From the IMG/VR virus record IMGVR_UViG_3300002307_000018, positions 200,638 through 264,637 of that record: DNA of 64,000 bases. One strand, written 5' to 3'. The stretch's first letter is position 1; each line of letters starts with the position of its first letter. Source of the stretch: a virus. Lineage: Duplodnaviria > Caudoviricetes. Below the pieces are notes generated by a model. It searched no databases. It was not told the origin of the DNA and was given only the letters and a program-made list of their open reading frames with translations. Shown one piece after another: positions 1 through 8,923 of this stretch. Both the position numbers and the translations under genes were made by a program.

Positions 1-95
1 ATCAGGGCGGTCATTTCATCTGCGCCAATGTTCTGCAACTGCTCTAGTTTTTCTGCTGTAATCATCTTTTCTTCCGTTTTTTCAGTTTATGATAC

Positions 96-124
96 ATTAT
101 AGACTGTTTTTGATTTAATGTCAA
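96..124 (-). promoter_or_regulatory. sigma70-type promoter
   Basis: TTGACA-N17-TATAAT on minus strand upstream of an ORF that runs off the left edge. Confidence 0.75.
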
Positions 125-136
125 GGATTTTCGGCC

Positions 137-174
137 AAAAAAAAGCCCTCAAAGTCTCTGGGACTAAGAGGGAT
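137..174 (-). terminator. intrinsic terminator
   Basis: CCCTC-TT-AGTC-CCAGA-GACT-TT-GAGGG hairpin followed by a run of T on minus strand, downstream of 211..1038. Confidence 0.7.
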
Positions 175-210
175 TTAGTGTTGTTTTTATGCAACATTTA
201 CTACTATGGG

Positions 211-1038
211 TCAGTCTGGCAGCCACTCTAATTGCCACGATCTACTGTGCAAATAGCCCTTATCTACGTAATCTAAGTACTGTCTTTTATTTCTAATCTT
301 TTCCATGATCTGCTTATGAAAACAGTCATAGGATATATTACGTGCATCTAGATTGACTATAGACTCATGCAGTAAGTCGCTTAGTATTACTTGATTGGGA
401 ATAGCCAAGTGATTGGTACGAGCATCGTATCTGACAAACTCCATTAGCGTGGAATCAAACAATTGATCGATCAATTCACCTTCACTAACTTTAAACAACT
501 CTATGCTAGGCATTAAGAAGTTCTTGGGAGCTGCAATCTCAGGCATATCTATTGTGGATCCATAAGCTGGAAGAATTACAAATACATTCTCGCTCATACC
601 CTCAGCTAGTGTTCTAACAAGTTGTATGTACGCTTCAAAGTTTATATCTAGTAACTCACGATCAACGTTGTTGATCCACCATTCAATGTGAGATTTGTTA
701 TCCCAAAACCACTTATCTGATTCATTGATGTTCTTTGTATTATGAATGTATAATGCGGCAGTTTTGGGTGCAACTAAATTCTGATGCTTAAAGTGTAATC
801 TTCCCATGTGCATAGGAACATACACAACTACATCACCGGGAAATATTACACGATCTTTAACATCAGACATTAGTTGTTTAATTGCATACTCAGTGCTGCT
901 ACCATCAAGCGCCTTGTTAACCAGTTTCATGTTTAACTTAGATGCTAACATCTTAGTCCATGAAGTTTCTGCTGCCTGTGCTTTTTCGCCAAGTGCAGCA
1001 TAGTTAACACCGTATATTCTAAGTGAGTTCATGTTCAA
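211..1038 (-). CDS. hypothetical protein, SGNH/GDSL-hydrolase-like N-terminus
   Basis: SWTKMLASKLNMKLVNKALDGSS resembles SGNH block I-II; catalytic Ser motif is degenerate. Confidence 0.45.
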   Translation of the reverse strand: MNMNSLRIYGVNYAALGEKAQAAETSWTKMLASKLNMKLVNKALDGSSTEYAIKQLMSDVKDRVIFPGDVVVYVPMHMGRLHFKHQNLVAPKTAALYIHNTKNINESDKWFWDNKSHIEWWINNVDRELLDINFEAYIQLVRTLAEGMSENVFVILPAYGSTIDMPEIAAPKNFLMPSIELFKVSEGELIDQLFDSTLMEFVRYDARTNHLAIPNQVILSDLLHESIVNLDARNISYDCFHKQIMEKIRNKRQYLDYVDKGYLHSRSWQLEWLPD

Positions 1039-1046
1039 TTTAATAG

Positions 1047-1550
1047 TTAAGCTGCGTTAGCGTCTTTCATCTGTCGTTGATATTCGACCATTGACTTGAA
1101 TCTATCTGCTGCGTATGACGCTGCCCAAGCGTTGGGCTTGGTCATTGGAATCACGTTACACATTCCACGAATATAACCCACAGCTTCGTTAACCACAATG
1201 CTTGAATTATGAATCTCGTTTGGGTTAATATCCAAGTGAACTTCGATATCGTGTGCCACAACTTCGCTCAGTTTCAAGTACAGATCAGCGATCTTATACA
1301 CTTCAGTCATTAGTCGCATACGTGGCTTGTTAACGTGTTGTTCGTAGTCACGCTCACGATCTACTGCACCGAAAATCTTGCAACCTTGATTGCCGTTAAT
1401 GTGAACTACTACCGCTGTAATATAGTCAGCATACCAAACGTTGTCGATTTGAAAACGTTCACTATCGCAGCCGATATAAACTCGGGTATTAGTGTCACAT
1501 GTTTCCAAAAATTGTACCACATCATCTACGTTGATATGCTTCTTATACAT
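1047..1550 (-). CDS. RNase H-like protein, YkuK family
   Basis: VYIGCDSE, TAVVVHING..G, EVHLDIN, YAAD acidic motifs typical of the YkuK/DUF458 family. Confidence 0.75.
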   Translation of the reverse strand: MYKKHINVDDVVQFLETCDTNTRVYIGCDSERFQIDNVWYADYITAVVVHINGNQGCKIFGAVDRERDYEQHVNKPRMRLMTEVYKIADLYLKLSEVVAHDIEVHLDINPNEIHNSSIVVNEAVGYIRGMCNVIPMTKPNAWAASYAADRFKSMVEYQRQMKDANAA

Positions 1551-1554
1551 GTTA

Positions 1555-1806
1555 TCACCTGTTTTTATGTTTGTTGTGTTCTTTGTTACGCTTAGAAGTC
1601 TTGGAGACTGCCTTGAGTAAATATTCTCTGCCTACAATGCCTACAGCGATTTCGTTATCCGCTATCTGACTGGGCGTTGCAACTTTCTTGTACTGATTAA
1701 GCACGTATGTCCCTGTATCTAGACTGTTATATCGTACTTGCTTAATCTCACGTACACGAGCGGCTGATACTAATACACGCTCATAAATGTTTTCTACTTT
1801 ACTCAT
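1555..1806 (-). CDS. RNA polymerase omega-subunit-like protein
   Basis: NIYERVLVSAARVREI matches the RpoZ N-terminal NRYELVLVAAKRARQL pattern; 83 aa. Confidence 0.55.
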   Translation of the reverse strand: MSKVENIYERVLVSAARVREIKQVRYNSLDTGTYVLNQYKKVATPSQIADNEIAVGIVGREYLLKAVSKTSKRNKEHNKHKNR

Positions 1807-2342
1807 AAGTTATCCTTGTTAAAAATTACCATCCAACCAAGCTTTTCCAAGTCTTGTCTAATCTCGTCTGTTACTGTACCTTCGCTTACATAGTTCTGTG
1901 CAACGGGTCCGGGTCCATCTGTGTACGCATCAGTAATGCCACTATTGTACCAATCAATATAATCACCCTCACCACGCATATCGGATATGATACCGCCGGC
2001 ATGACGCCAACTACAACTCCAAAAATCTTCTGCTAGAATCTTGAACACATCATCAGGTTTGGCAAAATCATTGTTACAAAGTGCTGCGTATAAGTGTTGT
2101 GCGTACACCTCGTTGATTCTAACTTTTTCTAATATCCAATTAGTAGTGCGTAAGTCCCATTCAAGATTGTCTTTTCTCCATTCAGGATCATCAATATTCT
2201 GTTCATCAATCTTATCCCACGATTCGTACCATTGAATCATGGCAACATATTGTGGATCATCTACTGACTTGCCACTTTCAAGATGGCGCAGAATATAGTT
2301 TTGCTTTTGAAACGTATTCTTTTGTGGGCTAGTGCTAATCAT
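1803..2342 (-). CDS. conserved phage hypothetical protein
   Basis: 179-aa ORF coupled to its neighbour (overlapping stop/start); WSCSWRHAGGIISDMRGEGDYIDWY motif. Confidence 0.6.
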   Translation of the reverse strand: MISTSPQKNTFQKQNYILRHLESGKSVDDPQYVAMIQWYESWDKIDEQNIDDPEWRKDNLEWDLRTTNWILEKVRINEVYAQHLYAALCNNDFAKPDDVFKILAEDFWSCSWRHAGGIISDMRGEGDYIDWYNSGITDAYTDGPGPVAQNYVSEGTVTDEIRQDLEKLGWMVIFNKDNL

Positions 2343-2357
2343 TTCTATCTCTTATTC

Positions 2358-2434
2358 TGGTGGGCGCAGTAGGATTCGAACCTACGTAATCTATCGTGTA
2401 AGGATAGCGACTAAACCGCTCATACCATACGCCC
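2358..2434 (-). tRNA. tRNA-Val(TAC)
   Basis: cloverleaf; CTATC-CTTACAC-GATAG anticodon arm; GGTTCGAATCC; encoded CCA. Confidence 0.9.
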
Positions 2435-2446
2435 GTTTTTACTTCT

Positions 2447-2531
2447 TGGTGCGAGAGGAGGGACTTGAACCCTCAAACCTTGCGGCGTCTGGGCTTAAAC
2501 CAGGTGTGTTTGCCAATTTCACCACTCTCGC
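2447..2531 (-). tRNA. tRNA-Leu(TAA)
   Basis: loop TTTAAGC, long variable arm, encoded CCA. Confidence 0.9.
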
Positions 2532-2537
2532 TAATCT

Positions 2538-2975
2538 TTACTTTTTCGCATTTGTTTTTCCAATCATTCCGATTGCAATTGCGTTCTTATGTTCTTCACT
2601 TTTTGGCTTGCCCTTATTACCACTTCCATGTTTGTTACCTTGTCTTCCAATTCCATTTCTACGACATGCTTCTTCGTAACCGTATTTTCTTACGGCAATT
2701 TCCCACGGATTTTTCCATGTCCCGCAGTCTTTGGAATCCTGAACATTTTCCTTACGAGTTCCCCAATACAAATGAAGTGGATTAGAACACTTATCATTAT
2801 TACAAGCGTGGCATAAATCCACTTTACTCGGAAAATTTGTATTGAGATATTGAGCCAATACTCCACGATGAACGGTACTATTTCCTCCTCGCTCTACACA
2901 CGACTGTGTTAAGTCAAGATGTTTAGTTCTTTCGTCTCTGTCGCTATTCTTGATCCAATCTTCTACAATAATCAT
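2538..2975 (-). CDS. HNH homing endonuclease with NUMOD3-like tail
   Basis: DLCHACNNDKCSNPLHLYWGTRKEN (HNH) and KSEEHKNAI (NUMOD3); start moved to ATG 2975 because the longer ORF overlaps tRNAs. Confidence 0.85.
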   Translation of the reverse strand: MIIVEDWIKNSDRDERTKHLDLTQSCVERGGNSTVHRGVLAQYLNTNFPSKVDLCHACNNDKCSNPLHLYWGTRKENVQDSKDCGTWKNPWEIAVRKYGYEEACRRNGIGRQGNKHGSGNKGKPKSEEHKNAIAIGMIGKTNAKK

Positions 2976-2991
2976 ATCTCTCGCTAAATTC

Positions 2992-3066
2992 TGGTCCGGC
3001 GTGCAGGAATCGAACCTACGTTTAGGAGGTAGAAGCTCCCTGTATTTTCCACTATACGAACGCCAG
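2992..3066 (-). tRNA. tRNA-Arg(TCT)
   Basis: GGGAG-CTTCTAC-CTCCT anticodon arm; CCA. Confidence 0.9.
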
Positions 3067-3072
3067 ATAATC

Positions 3073-3148
3073 TGGTACTCCCCCCGTGAATCGAACACGG
3101 TACCAAGAAATTATGAGTTTCCTGCTCTGACCGATGAGCTAGAGGAGC
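3073..3148 (-). tRNA. tRNA(CAT), probably Ile2 (lysidine type)
   Basis: GGAAA-CTCATAA-TTTCT; acceptor GCTCCTC/GGGGAGT has C4-G69 and C5-G68 as in TilS substrates. Confidence 0.8.
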
Positions 3149-3164
3149 ATCTACTATAAAAGCT

Positions 3165-3193
3165 ATTATACTTGAAGTCATGTTAAAAGTCAA
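3165..3193 (-). promoter_or_regulatory. sigma70-type promoter
   Basis: TTGACT-N17-TATAAT directly upstream of the tRNA group 2358..3148. Confidence 0.8.
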
Positions 3194-3209
3194 CAAGCAA
3201 TCGTTCCAT

Positions 3210-3710
3210 TTACTCTCGAACTATGCCAACCATGTGCAGTCTGTGCTGATCTGAACAGTTCATAAACGAATGAAACAATCTTGTATCTACCCAATGTACT
3301 GTGCCCGTTTCCAAGTGTCGGTTTAATCCATGTTTGAACACAAAATATGCCTCAGGGTTGGTGATCATGGGAATGTGTACACGTGGTGTATAGTCACGGT
3401 GCATACTATAACAAGCATAGGGACCTACCCACATGAAACGTGTGCGTGTCATGTTGAACTCTGTAATCAGGGCTTCAAAGACAGTATTCTTAAAGTAAGG
3501 ATTGATTTGATCATAGTCAAACTCTTTGCCCTGACTTTTACCCACGCTACTAGTCCATGGATCATCACCCAGTCTATGCTGTAGGCTTACTTGTTTACCC
3601 TTGTGACCAAAATCAGTCCAACATATGCCAGCTTCAAGTGTACGATATGCCGCTATTACTGGCTCCATGTCAATAGGTCTAAGTGCTTTTATCAACCGGT
3701 CATTGATCAT
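3210..3710 (-). CDS. Asp/Asn beta-hydroxylase-like 2OG-Fe(II) oxygenase
   Basis: HRD..RVHIP..TN and VDTRLFHSFMN..RLHMV double-stranded beta-helix motifs. Confidence 0.75.
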   Translation of the reverse strand: MINDRLIKALRPIDMEPVIAAYRTLEAGICWTDFGHKGKQVSLQHRLGDDPWTSSVGKSQGKEFDYDQINPYFKNTVFEALITEFNMTRTRFMWVGPYACYSMHRDYTPRVHIPMITNPEAYFVFKHGLNRHLETGTVHWVDTRLFHSFMNCSDQHRLHMVGIVRE

Positions 3711-4341
3711 CTGATTTCCAATATTTTTTTAAATCATCAGGCATAGTATAGTCATTTCTATTCAACAACAGTGTAAAGTTGTCATAGTGATCACGACCCT
3801 GCCATGGACTACCCAGTGCTAGTGTAACTTTGATATCATCTGAATTGTTAGTCATACCATGTGGCCAACCACCGTCCATTAAAAATGGGCCAGTGACATT
3901 GGGTGCTGCTACAGTTCCAGTAGCGGTATTAAAATATAATGTATCTGTGTTACCCTGCAATACTACTCTAAATTTGTTTTGTCTGGTGTTGACTTCATGC
4001 GGAGCACAGTCAATATGCTCGTTGTTGCTGTAATGCGGTTGAGTAATCAGCGCCATAATTCGTGATCGACTTTGTAGCCAATCAAACGCTACTTCTTCAA
4101 ACCATTCTACGATTGATAGGGGTGCCCATTCAGTCCATTCAAATGTTTTACCCTTTCTGTGATTGTTGATTCCTAAACGTTTTCCCGGATAATCGCCCAT
4201 CTTAACCATTAGTGGAATCATTTTGGTACTGCGATAAGGATCCCACCATGAAAAAGAATCATCAATAGCCAATATCGAATTGGCTGCTGATTGTTTGTCT
4301 AAAACGGGAATGTCGATAGTACCGAATAAGATATCGTTCAT
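3700..4341 (-). CDS. 2OG-Fe(II) oxygenase-like protein
   Basis: EHID and distal HGMTN (HxD...H triad). Confidence 0.6.
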   Translation of the reverse strand: MNDILFGTIDIPVLDKQSAANSILAIDDSFSWWDPYRSTKMIPLMVKMGDYPGKRLGINNHRKGKTFEWTEWAPLSIVEWFEEVAFDWLQSRSRIMALITQPHYSNNEHIDCAPHEVNTRQNKFRVVLQGNTDTLYFNTATGTVAAPNVTGPFLMDGGWPHGMTNNSDDIKVTLALGSPWQGRDHYDNFTLLLNRNDYTMPDDLKKYWKSDDQ

Positions 4342-4389
4342 ACTGATATTTATTGTTCGGTACTACTGACTGATACTTTATCTAGTGAT

Positions 4390-4953
4390 CTAGATCAAGT
4401 CTTCTGCTGTTAGTGTTGCGATTGTTTTATCGCCCAATGGAATTTCAGTCTTGATGTTGAGTTCAAGAATTGTGTCGTTGATTGACTGCTTTTGCTTCTT
4501 GAGCTTTAGTAGTTCGCTCTTGAGATCAGCAAGTTGTTCTTGCGTCAATACTGAAGTCATCACAGAGTCTTCACGGCCGTACAACCGTGAGTTGTTATCT
4601 TGCGCCCGAATCTTTTCGAGTTTCTTATTGACCATATCAATGTCACGTGGGCCAACTGTAAGCATTTCTTGTACTTGAGCAATACGCTTGTCCACAAATG
4701 CGGCTGTAGCCAATTGCATTGAGATACCCGATGATACATTGGCTGCGGCTACCAAACTACGAATGTTGTAGTACGCAACTGATAGCGCAACACGACGGTA
4801 ATCGTTGGCAACAAACTCTCGATTTGCTGCTGTGATGGCGTCGAACGCATCAACGTACTCTGACACAGTGATTGCAGGTGCGACCTTGATACTGCGTAGT
4901 GTTTCTTGAATAGCGTTTTGTAATGCTGATGCTTTGCGTAATGTAATGTTCAT
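4390..4953 (-). CDS. helical/coiled-coil phage protein
   Basis: 187-aa ORF with an AGAG(A) SD-like sequence upstream; heptad-rich. Confidence 0.6.
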   Translation of the reverse strand: MNITLRKASALQNAIQETLRSIKVAPAITVSEYVDAFDAITAANREFVANDYRRVALSVAYYNIRSLVAAANVSSGISMQLATAAFVDKRIAQVQEMLTVGPRDIDMVNKKLEKIRAQDNNSRLYGREDSVMTSVLTQEQLADLKSELLKLKKQKQSINDTILELNIKTEIPLGDKTIATLTAEDLI

Positions 4954-5252
4954 ATATTTTCTCTTTAATTAACAGTGATTGAAATTTTAACGTGATGGTA
5001 AGGTCAAGTAAAAGACTGGACAATTGACAATAAGGTAACTTGCCGAGGCAGAGGTTCGACCCTTATGTGACATATGACAATAGACAACTGACATGGGTTC
5101 ATATATTTGCGATTGACAATTGACAATGTTTTTGTATCGCTACACATGACACGAGCGCCATAACGCGCAACAGTAAGCTTCGTTTTCAAGACGAAATGGT
5201 GTCTATCCTCATCTACCCTACACTACACGGTCAGTTTAAGAACTGACAAAAC

Positions 5253-5329
5253 TGGCTGGCAAGGCTGGGCTCGAACCAGCGACCTAATGATTAACAGTCA
5301 TTTGCTACTACCAACTGAGCTACTTGCCA
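5253..5329 (-). tRNA. tRNA-Asn(GTT)
   Basis: AATGA-CTGTTAA-TCATT; CCA. Confidence 0.92.
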
Positions 5330-5338
5330 TCTGAAATT

Positions 5339-5414
5339 TGGTGCCCCCAGCCGGATTCGAACTGGCCACCCCCGCATTACAAGTGCGGTGCTCTACCAAA
5401 TGAGCTATAGGGGC
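5339..5414 (-). tRNA. tRNA-Thr(TGT)
   Basis: CCGCA-CTTGTAA-TGCGG; CCA. Confidence 0.92.
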
Positions 5415-5432
5415 AAAACTTTTACTGCGAAA

Positions 5433-5597
5433 CTATTTAGCCTCTAAGATTCTAATGCGATTTTTTATTTTCGCTCGAATCTTCTTCTTACCTTCTTTCT
5501 CAACTAGTGCGTTGAGTTGTGTGACAGTCAATCCGCCTAAGCGAGTCTTGCCTGTCTTTGTTTTATTTGGATCTCGTTTTTGATTACGTTGTGCCAC
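5433..5597 (-). CDS. small basic hypothetical protein
   Basis: GTG start after AAGGA SD; VAQRNQKRDPNKTKTGKTRL...; longer track ORF overlaps tRNA-Ser. Confidence 0.55.
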   Translation of the reverse strand: MAQRNQKRDPNKTKTGKTRLGGLTVTQLNALVEKEGKKKIRAKIKNRIRILEAK

Positions 5598-5616
5598 AAT
5601 GTTTCCTTTAAATTGT

Positions 5617-5710
5617 TGGCGGAGCATGTTGGATTTGAACCAACGGTACGGGTTTTTGCCCATACGGTTTCTTAGCAGGAAACTGGTTTAAGCCACTCAC
5701 CCAATGCTCC
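5617..5710 (-). tRNA. tRNA-Ser(GCT)
   Basis: GTTTC-CTGCTAA-GAAAC, long variable arm, G73, CCA. Confidence 0.9.
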
Positions 5711-5741
5711 GTATGTACTGCTAAATCTTTACTATACAGCT

Positions 5742-5770
5742 ATTATACATGATGTCTGAATTAAAGTCAA
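5742..5770 (-). promoter_or_regulatory. sigma70-type promoter
   Basis: TTGACT-N17-TATAAT upstream of tRNA-Ser. Confidence 0.8.
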
Positions 5771-5785
5771 TGCGATTCGGACAAC

Positions 5786-6268
5786 TTAGTAATTTATATT
5801 GTCGAACTCAATCATTGAGATACGTGGTTCTTGGATCCATAAATCTATGGCTCGTAAGACTGTGCTGTATGCAACAGGCTTTTTATCCACATAGTTCTCT
5901 AAGTATCCCATTTTAAGTAGTAGCATTGGCAACTGACTAATCTTCTTAGCCAGCTTGTGCTGCTGCTCTATAGCGTGTTTGTCTCTAAAGTATGTGTTGT
6001 CTATGTGAGCATAGTCTGCTCCCATGGACCCACTGGTTACAATCATGGTCTTGTTCAACAAATCATCAATAAGATTAGCTTGCTCAACACCACAGTATGC
6101 GTTGTTGAAAAAGATGTCGGCAGTACTTGCTACATTTACAATCGCATCATTGCTTCTAATATCGTAACCGTTGCTACGACTAAGCCCTATAACTGTGTGA
6201 TCATGTTTGTAGTGATCGTATATTGCTTTTCCCAAACCTGAGGTATGTCCTGTGATAACTATTTTCAT
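5786..6268 (-). CDS. short-chain dehydrogenase/reductase-like protein
   Basis: MKIVITGHTSGLGKAI Rossmann motif, FFNNA. Confidence 0.75.
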   Translation of the reverse strand: MKIVITGHTSGLGKAIYDHYKHDHTVIGLSRSNGYDIRSNDAIVNVASTADIFFNNAYCGVEQANLIDDLLNKTMIVTSGSMGADYAHIDNTYFRDKHAIEQQHKLAKKISQLPMLLLKMGYLENYVDKKPVAYSTVLRAIDLWIQEPRISMIEFDNINY

Positions 6269-6294
6269 AGTACTTATTTACCCTAAATAAATGT

Positions 6295-6891
6295 ATGAAC
6301 TATAAAACTATTCACAACACTCTTTTACCGATTCTAAGCAACGGGCGCAAGACAGGAATATTTTGCAGCGGTGGCTTTGACAGTACACTGTTATTGTTCT
6401 TGTGTTTGAGAATTATCAAAGAAGAAAATCTCGATACTGACTTACAGGTGTTTACTGTACCACGACACGATGATAGTATTGTACACGCTCAACGTATTGT
6501 AGATTACATGAATAATATTTTTAAATACACTCTAAGCATACGTGCAGTGGGTGACCCTGATCTTGAACATGCAAAGCAAGTAAGTAGCGGTCTTAGACCG
6601 GCACTTGAATACTGTGAACAAATATTACTGGGTGATACTACCAACCCAGATGAAGTACCCAATGGTCCCGTTCGTGTTCGCAGTACAAACGATCTGTACA
6701 TACAGCCATTCATTGACTATACCAAACGTTCGACTGTTGCACTAGCGGCAGAGATTGGTTTCATCGACTGTCAAATACTCTCACACACTTGCACTGAAAG
6801 CAAGACCGTACGTTGTGGTCGTTGCTGGCAATGTCGTGAACGTGCTTGGGCGTTTGATGCTAACGATTATGTTGACGTTGGTTCAATGTAG
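6295..6891 (+). CDS. QueC-like PP-loop ATPase
   Basis: SGGFDS PP-loop and C-terminal SHTC...CGRCWQCRER zinc motif. Confidence 0.75.
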   Translation: MNYKTIHNTLLPILSNGRKTGIFCSGGFDSTLLLFLCLRIIKEENLDTDLQVFTVPRHDDSIVHAQRIVDYMNNIFKYTLSIRAVGDPDLEHAKQVSSGLRPALEYCEQILLGDTTNPDEVPNGPVRVRSTNDLYIQPFIDYTKRSTVALAAEIGFIDCQILSHTCTESKTVRCGRCWQCRERAWAFDANDYVDVGSM

Positions 6892-7549
6892 TCAGACGTT
6901 CAATCTCAGCAGCAGCCTCGTCTAACAGGTCTGCCAATCTGTCTGGCTCTCCATCTTGTACACTCTTGCGAGTAGGAATCTGACGGCGAATCTCAGCACG
7001 TTTTCTAAGTCTGTACACTAAACTTTGTTCTTCCAATGGAAGATCACTAGTCAACGGTTCAGGCGTAGGTTCATACTTATTTTTCTCGTCGTATCCATGT
7101 CTATTCGCACGTGCGTCATATAGCGCATGATGTTGTGGTAATTTAGTCTCAGCCCACCAATCGCTAATCCGTTGCTGATCTAAATCAGTCCAAATCAACT
7201 CTACGTCTATACGCATACGATCACGATGATCGTCACCCAGCGAGGACATTAGATCAAGAAATAAGTGCCAGTCGGTCGCATAGTCTACGCAAATGGTAAC
7301 ACCAGTATTTTGATACTCTTCTAACCAGAATGCCAACAGATACGCAATGTGTTGAGTGTTGCCCACTATAGACGTGTGCTGTTGACCCAGTAATGGTAAT
7401 ACGGTATCAACTACAAACTGACTACACGCCTCACGCCTGAATTGGGTAGACTCGGCGTAAAACTCACGACCGTTCTCGTCTACGATTCCAATACTAATCA
7501 TTTCGGGATTCGTAAAGTCCGTGAACTCGGTGTCAAGAAAGAGGCGCAT
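6860..7549 (-). CDS. DEDDh 3'-5' exoribonuclease with C-terminal helical extension
   Basis: LFLDTEFT, EFYAE, DYATDW, HHALYDA; extra ~65-aa C-terminal domain. Confidence 0.75.
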   Translation of the reverse strand: MRLFLDTEFTDFTNPEMISIGIVDENGREFYAESTQFRREACSQFVVDTVLPLLGQQHTSIVGNTQHIAYLLAFWLEEYQNTGVTICVDYATDWHLFLDLMSSLGDDHRDRMRIDVELIWTDLDQQRISDWWAETKLPQHHALYDARANRHGYDEKNKYEPTPEPLTSDLPLEEQSLVYRLRKRAEIRRQIPTRKSVQDGEPDRLADLLDEAAAEIERLTTLNQRQHNR

Positions 7550-7570
7550 TATTTTATCCTAAAGAAAAGT

Positions 7571-7918
7571 TTATTGAAGAATTCTCTCAGAGCCTATTCT
7601 GTCCGTTGTTATCCAAGCATTGCCGGATGTACCAGGCTCAAATTTTGAAGACCAGTCTGACATATCCTCTGTTTCTGAATCAGGAACAAGGGTCACTCCG
7701 GATAGATTTACTCGTAGTATGGTGCGAGGTTCGTTACTATCATTCTGAAAATTAGAAAACCATTCTGCCATATCACGATCCGCCCAAAAATAAGTTTGAC
7801 CTCTCCTATTAGGATTAAATCCGTGCTTAAGAATTGTTGATAGATTCTTGTCACTCGTAACGTGATAACCAATTTTTGGCGGAGTAACTGATTCTGATAG
7901 TACGTCTTTGATTCGCAT
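7571..7918 (-). CDS. ADP-ribosyltransferase/Tpt1-fold-like protein
   Basis: GYHVTSDKNLSTILKHGFNP..TYFW pattern typical of ART-fold proteins. Confidence 0.45.
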   Translation of the reverse strand: MRIKDVLSESVTPPKIGYHVTSDKNLSTILKHGFNPNRRGQTYFWADRDMAEWFSNFQNDSNEPRTILRVNLSGVTLVPDSETEDMSDWSSKFEPGTSGNAWITTDRIGSERILQ

Positions 7919-7946
7919 CTAGTATTTATCGCTCATTTGTTTAACC

Positions 7947-8231
7947 TCATCTGAAATCGTCCTTCATCCATCCAAGTAATATCCAGTGAGTTACATCGTA
8001 TACTTTGCCTAATACATGATGGTCATACGGACCCGTAAAATGTAACGTACGTCCTTCAGTTAAATTAACACCACCGTGGTCTTTAAGAAATTGGATCAAC
8101 TCTGCTCGGGTGTAAAATGTTATTGAGTCACTCTTTGGATTCATACTCAAACTGACATCAGGGCGGCAAGTAAAGTCAAATAGATCAGTACTTCGCCACC
8201 GCTCAATGTCACGTGGGTAAAATGTAACCAT
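7947..8231 (-). CDS. hypothetical protein
   Basis: ORF in the operon; start at MVTFYPRD after AGGA. Confidence 0.5.
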   Translation of the reverse strand: MVTFYPRDIERWRSTDLFDFTCRPDVSLSMNPKSDSITFYTRAELIQFLKDHGGVNLTEGRTLHFTGPYDHHVLGKVYDVTHWILLGWMKDDFR

Positions 8232-8232
8232 A

Positions 8233-8913
8233 TTATTTCCTATGTCTAAAAGATTTCTTAACATCAAACCCATGACCTAAAATCTTTTCCTTATCGGACT
8301 GATTGTCGTTCACGATTAAATCAGGCGATGGGTGCATGGTGTTTGCCACGTAGTACGATAAGTCTTGATACAACTGTTCTGCGGTGATGATCGTTGGGAT
8401 TTCGTAGTTTGCCAGAACTGGAATATTCTGATCAATGATAACTTCAACGTCACGACTACCACGGCGTATCTGATCAATACTGTACACAGGTGCGCCAATC
8501 TCACGGGCGATCTGGGTCAAGATTGGATATTCTCCTCCAATTTCTTTAGTGAGATCGCTACGACCACGCCAACGATACGCTGAGTTTTGATTGTATTCGT
8601 ATTCTTCGGGGAAATTCTTCTCAGTGAACAGTCGGTATTCCAGTGGCATTATTTCATTGGTGCGCCATTTACGAACCACTAGATAACGTCTACCAGCAAT
8701 CACAATGTACTTACTGTCGTAAGCGTGGTGATCTAAGAGTTCACGCTGCCACATTCTGGACATATTCAAGTCTCGTGCTTGATCATCAGTGAGGTTGACG
8801 CTACATTTAGCGGCAGCGATGGGCACTCTCGAATAAACAAATTTTGGATCGCCGCCTCCGTATACGTGTGCCACGTGATCATAGTAATCTTTATAGTTGC
8901 TTTTGATCTTCAT
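8233..8913 (-). CDS. conserved phage hypothetical protein
   Basis: 226-aa ORF with AAGGAG SD. Confidence 0.6.
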   Translation of the reverse strand: MKIKSNYKDYYDHVAHVYGGGDPKFVYSRVPIAAAKCSVNLTDDQARDLNMSRMWQRELLDHHAYDSKYIVIAGRRYLVVRKWRTNEIMPLEYRLFTEKNFPEEYEYNQNSAYRWRGRSDLTKEIGGEYPILTQIAREIGAPVYSIDQIRRGSRDVEVIIDQNIPVLANYEIPTIITAEQLYQDLSYYVANTMHPSPDLIVNDNQSDKEKILGHGFDVKKSFRHRK

Positions 8914-8923
8914 CTATCACTCC

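Noticed and set aside
2332-3196. Track ORFs overlapping tRNAs (also 13573, 17251-17506, 17571, 17948, 20252, 21471, 24562)
   Set aside because: They are read through tRNA or ncRNA sequence and have no protein features.
5004-5189. 61-aa ORF over the UGUC repeat region
   Set aside because: No SD, odd composition (many Cys/Val/Ile from the repeats); better explained as non-coding leader.
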